Shown here in pieces: positions 54,421 to 64,000 of a DNA stretch of 64,000 bases. The notes under the pieces were generated by a model. It ran no database searches, was not told the origin of the DNA, and saw only the letters and a program-made list of their open reading frames with translations. The stretch is from contig OZ024745.1 of the NCBI GenBank assembly GCA_964016885.1, forward strand, positions 3,720,001-3,784,000, in the 5' to 3' direction. Both the position numbers and the translations under genes were made by a program. Each line of letters begins with the position of its first letter. Positions within the stretch are counted from its first letter, which is position 1. Source of the stretch: Eledone cirrhosa. Lineage: Eukaryota.

Positions 54421-56639
54421 CTACTAGAGACTGTTATAACCTGTCACCTCTCCCTAGTTCTAGTGTTCAGTCTAAACTACTAGAGACTGTTATAACCTGT
54501 CACCTGACCCTAGTTCTGGTGTTCAGTCTAAACTACTAGAGACTGTTATAACCTGTCACCTGTCCCTAGTTCTGGTGTTCAGGCTAAACTACTAGAGACT
54601 GTTATAACCTGTCACCTGTCCCTAGTTCTAGTGTTCAGTCTAAACTACTAGAGACTGTTATAACCGGTCACCTGTCCCTAGTTCTGGTGTTCAGGCTAAA
54701 CTACTAGAGACTGTTATAACCTGTCACCTGTCCCTGGTTCTAGTGTTGTCTAAACTACTAGAGACTGTTATAACCTGTCACCTGTCCCTAGTTCTGGTGT
54801 TCAGGCTAAACTACTAGAGACTGTTATAACCTGTCACCTGTCCCTAGTTCTGGTGTTCAGGCTAAACTACTAGAGACTGTTATAACCTGTCACCTGTCCC
54901 TAGTTCTGGTGTTCAGTCTGAACTGCTAGAAACTGTTATAACCTGTCACCTGTCCCTAGTTCTGGTGTTCAGTCTAAACTACTAGAGACTGTTATAACCT
55001 GTCACCTGTCCCTAGTTCTGGTGTTCAGTCTAAACTAATAGAAACTGTTATAACCTGTCACCTGTCCCTAGTTCTGGTGTTCAGTCTAAACTAATAGAAA
55101 CTGTTATAACCTGTCACCTGTCCCTAGTTCTGGTGTTCAGTCTAAACTACTAGAGACTGTTATAACCTGTCACCTGTCCCTAGTTCTGGTGTTCAGTCTA
55201 AACTAATAGAAACTGTTATAACCTGTCACCTGTCCTTAGTTCTGGTGTTCAGTCTAAACTACTAGAGACTGTTATAACCTGTCACCTGTCCCTAGTTCTG
55301 GTGTTCAGTCTAAACTACTAGAGACTGTTATAACCTGTCACCTGTCCCTAGTTCTGGTGTTCAGTCTAAACTACTAGAAACTGTTATAACCTGTCACCTG
55401 TCCCTAGTTCTAGTGTTCAGTCTAAACTACTAGAAACTGTTCTAACCTGTCACCTGTCCCTAGTTCTGGTGTTCAGTCTAAACTACTAGAAACTGTTCTA
55501 ACCTGTCACCTGTCCCTAGTTCTGGTGTTCAGTCTAAACTACTAGAAACTGTTCTAACCTGTCACCTGTCCCTAGTTCTGGTGTTCAGTCTAAACTACTA
55601 GAAACTGTTCTAACCTGTCACCTGTCCCTAGTTCTGGTGTTCAGTCTAAACTACTAGAAACTGTTCTAACCTGTCACCTGTCCCTAGTTCTGATGTTCAG
55701 TCTAAACTACTAGAAACTGTTAGAAGCTGTCACCTGTCCCTAGTTCTGGTGTTCAGTCTAAACTACTAGAAACTGTTATAACCTGTCACCTGTCCCTAGT
55801 TCTGGTGTTCAGTCTAAACTACTAGAAACTGTTCTAACCTGTCACCTGTCCCTAGTTCTGGTGTTCAGTCTAAACTACTAGAAACTGTTCTAACCCGTCA
55901 CCTGTCCCTAGTTCTGGTGTTCAGTCTAAACTACTAGAAACTGTTAGAAGCTGTCACCTGTCCCTAGTTCTGGTGTTCAGTGTAAACTACTAGAAACTGT
56001 TATAACCTGTCACCTGTCCCTAGTTCTGGTGTTCAGTCTAAACTACTAGAAACTGTTCTAACCTGTCACCTGTCCCTAGTTCTGGTGTTCAGTCTAAACT
56101 ACTAGAGACTGTTATAAGCTGTCACCTGTCCCTAGTTCTGGTGTTCAGTCTAAACTACTAGAGACTGTTATAACCTGTCACCTGTCCCTAGTTCTGGTGT
56201 TCAGTCTAAACTACTAGAGACTGTTATAAGCTGTCACCTGTCCCTAGTTCTGGTGTTCAGACTAAACTACTAGAAACTGTTATAACCTGTCACCTGTCCC
56301 TAGTTCTGGTGTTCAGTCTAAACTACTAGAAACTGTTATAACCTGTCACCTGTCCCTAGTTCTGGTGTTCAGTCTAAACTACTAGAAACTGTTATAACCT
56401 GTCACTAGTTCCGGTGTTCAGTCTAAACGACTAGAAACTGTTATAACCTGTCACCTGTCCCTAGTTCTGGCGTTCAGTCTAAACTACTAGAGACTGTTAT
56501 AACCTGTCACCTGTCCCTATTTCTGGTGTTCAGTCTAAACTACTAGAAACTGTTATAAGCTGTCACCTGTCCCTAGTTCTGGTGTTCAGTCTAAACTACT
56601 AGAAACTGTTATAAGCTGTCACCTGTCCCTAGTTCTGGT

Positions 56640-59600
56640 GTTCAGTCTAAACTACTAGAAACTGTTATAACCTGTCACCTGTCCCTAGTTCTGGTGTTCA
56701 GTCTAAACTACTAGAAACTGTTATAAGCTGGCACCTGTCCCTAGTTCTGGTGTTCAGTCTAAACTACTAGAGACTGTTATAAGCTGTCACCTGTCACTAG
56801 TTCTGGTGTTCAGTCTAAACTACTAGAGACTGTTATAACCTGTCCCTAGTTCTGGTGTTCAGTCTAAACTACTAGAAACTGTTATAACCTGTCACCTGTC
56901 CCTATTTCTGGTGTTCAGTCTAAACTACTAGAAACTGTTATAAGCTGGCACCTGTCCCTAGTTCTGGTGTTCAGTCTAAACTACTAGAGACTGTTATAAG
57001 CTGTCACCTGTCCCTAGTTCTGGTGTTCAGTCTAAACTACTAGAGACTGTTATAACCTGTCACTAGTTCTGGTGTTCAGTCTAAACTACTAGAAACTGTT
57101 ATAACCTGTCACCTGTCCCTAGTTCTGGTGTTCAGTCTAAACTACTAGAAACTGTTATAACCTGTCACCTGTCCCTAGTTCCGGTGTTCAGTCTAAACTA
57201 CTAGAGACTGTTATAACCTGTCACCTGTCCCTAGTTCTGGTGTTCAGGCTAAACTACTAGAGACTGTTATAACCTGTCACCTGTCCCTAGTTCTAGTGTT
57301 CAGTCTAAACTACTAGAGACTGTTATAACCGGTCACCTGTCCCTAGTTCTGGTGTTCAGGCTAAACTACTAGAGACTGTTATAACCTGTCACCTGTCCCT
57401 AGTTCTAGTGTTCAGTCTAAACTACTAGAAACTGTTCTAACCTGTCACCTGTCCCTAGTTCTGGTGTTCAGACTAAAGTACTAGAAACTGTTCTAACCTG
57501 TCACCTGTCCCTAGTTCTGGTGTTCAGTCTAAACTACTAGAAACTGTTCTAACCTGTCACCTGTCCCTAGTTCTGGTGTTCAGTCTAAACTACTAGAAAC
57601 TGTTCTAACCTGTCACCTGTCCCTAGTTCTGGTGTTCAGTCTAAACTACTAGAAACTGTTCTAACCTGTCACCTGTCCCTAGTTCTGATGTTCAGTCTAA
57701 ACTACTAGAAACTGTTAGAAGCTGTCACCTGTCCCTAGTTCTGGTGTTCAGTCTAAACTACTAGAAACTGTTATAACCTGTCACCTGTCCCTAGTTCTGG
57801 TGTTCAGTCTAAACTACTAGAAACTGTTCTAACCTGTCACCTGTCCCTAGTTCTGGTGTTCAGTCTAAACTACTAGAAACTGTTCTAACCTGTCACCTGT
57901 CCCTAGTTCTGGTGTTCAGTCTAAACTACTAGAAACTGTTCTAACCTGTCACCTGTTCCTAGTTCTGGTGTTCAGTCTAAACTACTAGAAACTGTTCTAA
58001 CCTGTCACCTGTCCCTAGTTCTGGTGTTCAGTCTAAACTACTAGAAACTGTTCTAACCCGTCACCTGTCCCTAGTTCTGGTGTTCAGTCTAAACTACTAG
58101 AAACTGTTAGAAGCTGTCACCTGTCCCTAGTTCTGGTGTTCAGTCTAAACTACTAGAAACTGTTATAACCTGTCACCTGTCCCTAGTTCTGGTGTTCAGT
58201 CTAAACTACTAGAAACTGTTATAACCTGTCACCTGTCCCTAGTTCTGGTGTTCAGTCTGAACTACTAGAAACTGTTATAACCTGTCACCTGTCCCTAGTT
58301 CTGGTGTTCAGTCTAAACTACTAGAAACTGTTCTAACCTGTCACCTGTCCCTAGTTCTGGTGTTCAGTCTAAACTACTAGAGACTGTTATAACCTGTCAC
58401 CTGTCCCTAGTTCTGGTGTTCAGTCTAAACTACTAGAGACTGTTATAACCTGTCACCTGTCCCTATTTCTGGTGTTCAGTCTAAACTACTAGAGACTGTT
58501 ATAACCCGTCACCTGTCCCTAGTTCTGGTGTTCAGTTTAAACTACTAGAAACTGTTATAACCTGTCACCTGTCCCTAGTTCTGGTGTTCAGTCTAAACTA
58601 CTAGAAACTGTTATAACCTGTCACCTGTCCCTAGTTCTGGTGTTCAGTCTAAACTACTAGAGACTGTTATAACCTGTCACCTGTCCCTAGTTCTGGTGTT
58701 CAGTCTAAACTACTAGAAACTGTTCTAACCTGTCACCTGTCCCTAGTTCTGGTGTTCAGTCTAAACTACTAGAAACTGTTCTAACCTGTCACCTGTCCCT
58801 AGTTCTGGTGTTCAGTCTAAACTACTAGAAACTGTTCTAACCTGTCACCTGTCCCTAGTTCTGATGTTCAGTCTAAAGTACTAGAAACTGTTAGAAGCTG
58901 TCACCTGTCCCTAGTTCTGGTGTTCAGTCTAAACTACTAGAAACTGTTATAACCTGTCACCTGTCCCTAGTTCTGGTGTTCAGTCTAAACTACTAGAAAC
59001 TGTTCTAACCTGTCACCTGTCCCTAGTTCTGGTGTTCAGTCTAAACTACTAGAAACTGTTCTAACCTGTCCCTAGTTCTGGTGTTCAGTCTAAACTACTA
59101 GAAACTGTTCTAACCTGTCACCTGTTCCTAGTTCTGGTGTTCAGTCTAAACTACTAGAAACTGTTCTAACCTGTCACCTGTCCCTAGTTCTGGTGTTCAG
59201 TCTAAACTACTAGAAACTGTTATAACCTGTCACCTGTCCCTAGTTCTGGTGTTCAGTCTGAACTACTAGAAACTGTTATAACCTGTCACCTGTCCCTAGT
59301 TCTGGTGTTCAGTCTAAACTACTAGAAACTGTTCTAACCTGTCACCTGTCCCTAGTTCTGGTGTTCAGTCTAAACTACTAGAGACTGTTATAACCTGTCA
59401 CCTGTCCCTAGTTCTGGTGTTCAGTCTAAACTACTAGAGACTGTTATAACCTGTCACCTGTCCCTAGTTCTGGTGTTCAGTCTAAACTACTAGAGACTGT
59501 TATAACCTGTCACCTGTCCCTAGTTCTGGTGTTCAGTCTAAACTACTAGAAACTGTTATAACCTGTCACCTGTCCCTATTTCTGGTGTTCAGTCTAAACT

Positions 59601-60710
59601 ACTAGAGACTGTTATAACCTGTCACCTGTCCCTAGTTCTGGTGTTCAGTCTAAACTACTAGAGACTGTTATAAGCTGTCACCTGTCCCTAGTTCTGGTGT
59701 TCAGTCTAAACTACTAGAGACTGTTATAACCTGTCACCTGTCCCTAGTTCTGGTGTTCAGTCTAAACTACTAGAAACTGTTATAACCTGTCACCTGTCCC
59801 TATTTCTGGTGTTCAGTCTAAACTACTAGAGACTGTTATAACCTGTCACCTGTCCCTAGTTCTGGTGTTCAGTCTAAACTACTAGAAACTGTTATAACCT
59901 GTCACCTGTCCCTAGTTCTGGTGTTCAGTCTAAACTACTAGAAACTGTTATAAGCTGTCACCTGTCCCTAGTTCTAGTGTTCAGTCTAAACTACTAGAAA
60001 CTGTTATAAGCTGTCACCTGTCCCTAGTTCTGGTGTTCAGTCTAAACTACTAGAGACTGTTATAACCTGTCACCTGTCCCTAGTTCTGGTGTTCAGTCTA
60101 AACTACTAGAGACTGTTATAACCTGTCAGCTGTCCCTAGTTCTGGTGTTCAGTCTAAACTACTAGAGACTGTTATAACCTGTCACCTGTCCCTAGTTCTG
60201 GTGTTCAGTCTAAACTACTAGAAACTGTTATAACCTGTCACCTGTCCCTATTTCTGGTGTTCAGTCTAAATTACTAGAAACTGTTATAAGCTGGCACCTG
60301 TCCCTAGTTCTGGTGTTCAGTCTAAACTACTAGAGACTGTTATAAGCTGTCACCTGTCCCTAGTTCTGGTGTTCAGTCTAAACTACTAGAGACTGTTATA
60401 ACCTGTCACTAGTTCTGGTGTTCAGTCTAAACTACTAGAAACTGTTATAACCTGTCACCTGTCCCAAATTCTGGTGGTCAGTCTAAACTACTAGAGACTG
60501 TTATAAGCTGTCACCTGTCCCTAGTTCTGGTGTTCAGTCTAAACTACTAGAGACTGTTATAAGCTGTCACCTGTCCCTAGTTCTGGTGTTCAGTCTAAAC
60601 TACTAGAGACTGTTATAACCTGTCACCTGTCCCTAGTTCTGGTGTTCAGTCTAAACTAATAGAAACTGTTATAACCTGTCACCTGTCCCTAGTTCTGGTG
60701 TTCAGTCTAA
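56640..60710. repeat. Third copy of the ~4-kb segment found at approx. 47280-51350 (offset 9357) and approx. 39540-43610
   Basis: gtttaaac 49178->58535, aaattactag 50914->60271, cccaaatt 51109->60466, all 9357 apart. Confidence 0.85.
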
Positions 60711-63373
60711 ACTACTAGAGACTGTTATAACCTGTCACCTGTCCCTAGTTCTTGTGTTCAGTCTAAACTACTAGAGACTGTTATAAGCTGTCACCTGTCC
60801 CTAGTTCTGGTGTTCAGTCTAAACTACTAGAGACTGTTATAAGCTGTCACCTGTCCCTAGTTCTAGTGTTCAGTCTAAACTACTAGAGACTGTTATAACC
60901 TGTCACCTCTCCCTAGTTCTAGTGTTCAGTCTAAACTACTAGAGACTGTTCTAACCTGTCACCTGTCCCTAGTTCTGGTGTTCAGTCTAAACTACTAGAG
61001 ACTGTTATAACCTGTCACCTGTCCCTAGTTCTGGTGTTCAGGCTAAACTACTAGAGACTGTTATAACCTGTCACCTGTCCCTAGTTCTAGTGTTCAGTCT
61101 AAACTACTAGAGACTGTTATAACCGGTCACCTGTCCCTAGTTCTGGTGTTCAGGCTAAACTACTAGAGACTGTTATAACCTGTCACCTGTCCCTAGTTCT
61201 AGTGTTCAGTCTAAACTACTAGAGACTGTTATAAACTGTCACCTGTCCCTAGTTCTGGTGTTCAGGCTAAACTACTAGAGACTGTTATAACCTGTCACCT
61301 GTCCCTAGTTCTGGTGTTCAGTCTGAACTACTAGAAACTGTTATAACCTGTCACCTGTCCCTAGTTATGGTGTTCAGTCTAAACTACTAGAGACTGTTAT
61401 AACCTGTCACCTGTCCCTAGTTCTGGTGTTCAGTCTGAACTACTAGAAACTGTTATAACCTGTCACCTGTCCCTAGTTCTGGTGTTCAGTCTAAACTACT
61501 AGAGACTGTTATAACCTGTCACCTGTCCCTAGTTCTGGTGTTCAGTCTAAACTACTAGAAACTGTTATAACCTGTCACCTGTCCCTAGTTCTGGTGGTCA
61601 GTCTAAACTACTAGAAACTGTTATAACCTGTCACCTGTCCCTAGTTCTGGTGTTCAGTCTAAACTACTAGAAACTGTTATAAGCTGTCACCTGTCCCTAG
61701 TTCTGGTGTTCAGTCTAAACTACTAGAAACTGTTATAACCTGTAAGCTGTCCCTAGTTCTGGTGTTCAGTCTAAACTACTAGAAACTGTTATAAGCTGTC
61801 ACCTGTCCCTAGTTCTGGTGTTCAGTCTAAACTACTAGAGACTGTTATTAGCTGTCACCTGTCCCTAGTTCTGGTGTTCAGTCTAAACTACTAGAAACTG
61901 TTATAAGCTGTCACCTGTCCCTAGTTCTGGTGTTCAGTCTAAACTACTAGAGACTGTTATAACCTGTCACCTGTCCCTAGTTCTGGTGTTCAGTCTAAAA
62001 TACTAGAAACTGTTATAAGCTGTCACCTGTCCCTAGTTCTGGTGTTCAGTCTAAACTACTAGAGACTGTTATAACCTGTCACCTGTCCCTAGTTCTGGTG
62101 TTCAGTCTAAACTACTAGAAACTGTTATAAGCTGTCACCTGTCCCTATTTCTGGTGTTCAGTCTAAACTACTAGAAACTGTTATAAGCTGTCACCTGTCC
62201 CTAGTTCTGGTGTTCAGTCTAAACTACTAGAGACTGTTATAACCTGTCACCTGTCCCTAGTTCTGGTGTTCAGTCTAAACTACTAGAAACTGTTATAAGC
62301 TGTCACCTGTCCCTATTTCTGGTGTTCAGTCTAAACTACTAGAAACTGTTATAAGCTGTCACCTGTCCCTAGTTCTGGTGTTCAGTCTAAACTACTAGAG
62401 ACTGTTATAACCTGGCACCTGTCCCTAGTTCTGGTGTTCAGTCTAAACTACTAGAGACTGTTATAAGCTGTCACCTGTCCCTATTTCTGGTGTTCAGTCT
62501 AAACTACTAGAGACTGTTATAACCCGTCACCTGTCCCTAGTTCTGGTGTTCAGTCTAAACTACTAGAAACTGTTATAAGCTGTCACCTGTCCCTAGTTCT
62601 GGTGTTCAGTCTGAACTACTAGAAACTGTTATAACCTGTCACCTGTCCCTAGTTCTGGTGTTCAGTCTAAACTACTAGAGACTGTTATAACCTGTCACCT
62701 GTCCCTAGTTCTGGTGTTCAGTCTAAACTACTAGAGACTGTTATAACCTGTCACCTGTCCCTAGTTCTGGTGTTCAGTCTAAACTACTAGAGACTGTTAT
62801 AACCTGTCACCTGTCCCTAGTTCTGGTGTTCAGTCTAAACTACTAGAGACTGTTATAACCTGTCACCTGTCACCTGTCCCTAGTTCTGGTGTTCAGTCTA
62901 AACTACTAGAGACTGTTATAACCTGTCACCTGTCCCTAGTTCTGGTGTTCAGTCTAAACTAATAGAAACTGTTATAAGCTGTCACCTGTCCCTAGTTCTG
63001 GTGTTCAGTCTAAACTACTAGAGACTGTTATAAGCTGTCACCTGTCCCTATTTCTGGTGTTCAGTCTAAACTACTAGAAACTGTTATACCCTGTCACCTG
63101 TCCCTAGTTCTGGTGTTCAGTCTAAACTACTAGAGACTGTTATAACCTGTTACCTGTCCCTAGTTCTGGTGTTCAGTCTAAACTACTAGAGACTGTTATA
63201 ACCTGTCACCTGTCCCTAGTTCTGGTGTTCAGTCTAAACTACTAGAAACTGTTATAACCTGTCACCTGTCCCTAGTTCTGGTGTTCAGTCTAAACTACTA
63301 GAAACTGTTATAACCTGTCACCTGTCCCTAGTTCTGGTGTTCAGTCTAAACTACTAGAAACTGTTATAAGCTG

Positions 63374-63500
63374 CAACAATGACTATTATAATGTAATAAA
63401 CAACTGTTGGTGAAGTTGGTTGTTTCAGTAGATTTGGTATAGTTTTAATGGAAAAACATCAGACAATAAGGATTACTTTTATAATTAATGTTGAACAGAG
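63374..63500. other. Short AT-rich non-repetitive spacer between the satellite and the GA-rich repeat
   Basis: caacaatgactattataatgtaataaa...ataattaatgttgaacagag. It has no periodicity and is the only complex sequence in the window. Confidence 0.85.
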
Positions 63501-63660
63501 TAAAAGAGAGAGTAGCTGAAAATGTGTAAGAGAGAGAGAGAGAATGGAGAGGTGAAATAAAGGGAGAGAGACTATAGAGATTTGAAATAAAAAGAGATGT
63601 GTGAGAAAGAGAGAGTAGATGGAAAAAGCGAGTAAATAAATGTGAGAAAGAGAGAGAGGG
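63501..63660. repeat. GA-rich low-complexity region / degenerate copies of the downstream 26-mer, including an (AG)n run at ~63529-63543
   Basis: Purine-rich plus strand with fragments such as atgtgtaagagagagagagag, actatagagatttgaaa, agatgtgtgagaaagagagagtagatgg that resemble the 26-bp unit. Confidence 0.75.
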
Positions 63661-64000
63661 AATATAGATGAGAAAGAGAGAGAGGGAATATAGATGAGAA
63701 AGAGGGAGAGAGAGTATAGATGTGAAAGAGGGCAAGAGAATATAGATGAGAAAGAGGGCAAGAGAGTATAGATGTGAAAGGAAAGAGAGTATAGATGTGA
63801 AAGAGGGAGAGAGAGTATAGATGTGAAAGAGGGAGAGAGAGTATAGATGTGAAAAAGAGAGAGAGAGTATAGATGTGAAAAAGAGAGAGAGAGTATAGAT
63901 GTGAAAAAGAGAGAGAGAGTATAGATGTGAAAGAGGGAGAGAGAGTATAGATGTGAAAGAGGGAGAGAGAGTATAGATGTGAAAGAGGGAGAGAGAGTAT
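63661..64000. repeat. 26-bp purine-rich minisatellite (GTATAGATGTGAAAGAGGGAGAGAGA)n, ~13 copies, open at the right window edge
   Basis: tatagatg recurs at 63663, 63689, 63715, 63741, 63767, 63790 (one 23-bp unit), 63816, 63842, 63868, 63894, 63920, 63946, 63972. Confidence 0.96.

Larger units (their letters stand above)
1..63373. repeat. Tandem satellite DNA array, 56-bp monomer, ~1,135-1,140 copies, single orientation, open at the left window edge
   Basis: First unit actactagaaactgttataacctgtcacctgtccctagttctggtgttcagtctaa spans 1-56 and restarts at 57. It continues with no insertion or inversion seen until ...gttataagctg at 63373. Monomers differ by 0-3 substitutions. Common polymorphisms: agaaac/agagac, ttataa/ttctaa, aacctg/aagctg, ctggtg/ctagtg, cagtct/caggct, ctagtt/ctattt. 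Confidence 0.99.

Noticed and set aside
1-63373. CRISPR-like array
   Set aside because: No unique spacers: the entire 56 bp is repeated with only point variants. No cas genes or leader.
1-63373. Repeat-encoded protein or tandem RNA-gene cluster (tRNA, 5S, snRNA, spliced leader)
   Set aside because: 56 is not a multiple of 3 and TAA/TAG/TGA stops occur on both strands, and the ORF track shows nothing here. There is no cloverleaf, pol III A/B box with T-run terminator, or recognisable RNA motif.
1-63373. Telomeric repeat, or a CENP-B-box-containing alpha-like satellite
   Set aside because: No TTAGGG-type short G-rich unit (a single CTAGGG per monomer on the minus strand is not enough). The CENP-B box needs CpGs that the consensus lacks.
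1-63373. Variant order as an information-bearing code
   Set aside because: The order of monomer types is accounted for by nested duplications and slippage; nothing in the sequence implies a readout mechanism.
63398-63425. 7-bp inverted repeat aaacaac...gttgttt in the flank (terminator or TE end)
   Set aside because: Too short and AT-rich to be significant; no target-site duplication, transposase or transcription unit nearby.
63445-63735. 96-aa minus-strand ORF (MPSFTSILSLPLSHLYSL...)
   Set aside because: S/L/F-rich translation of the CT-rich strand of the GA repeat, which lacks stops for compositional reasons. No recognisable domain; its hydrophobicity is an artefact.
63459-63761. 100-aa minus-strand ORF (MPSFSSIFSCPLSHLYSL...)
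   Set aside because: Overlaps the other ORF in a different frame and shares peptide blocks with it because of the 26-bp periodicity, which is typical of spurious repeat ORFs.

Overview
About 99% of this window (1-63373) is one uninterrupted head-to-tail satellite array. Its 56-bp monomer (consensus ACTACTAG(A/G variant: AGAAAC or AGAGAC)TGTTATAACCTGTCACCTGTCCCTAGTTCTGGTGTTCAGTCTAA; about 41% GC, no CpG in the consensus) is present in roughly 1,135-1,140 copies, all in the same orientation. Rare single-base variants act as barcodes. They show nested, near-identical multi-kb duplications with offsets of 3437, 4550, 8988/8995, 8149, 7742 and 9357 bp. The five offsets I decomposed (3437, 4550, 8988, 8149, 7742) each equal n x 56 minus 7 bp per deletion-type monomer (+1 for one insertion). 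The array has two variant domains that switch near 25.4 kb and a more divergent last ~2.7 kb. It ends abruptly at 63373, followed by ~130 bp of AT-rich unique DNA, a GA-rich degenerate stretch and a 26-bp purine-rich minisatellite that runs off the window end. I found no credible protein-coding gene, RNA gene, CRISPR array or transposon, and the two supplied ORFs are low-complexity artefacts. The DNA looks like eukaryotic satellite/heterochromatin; I cannot assign a species or named family. I see no evidence of a new gene system. The interest lies in array architecture and mutation mechanism. All positions were counted by eye and block boundaries are approximate to about one monomer.
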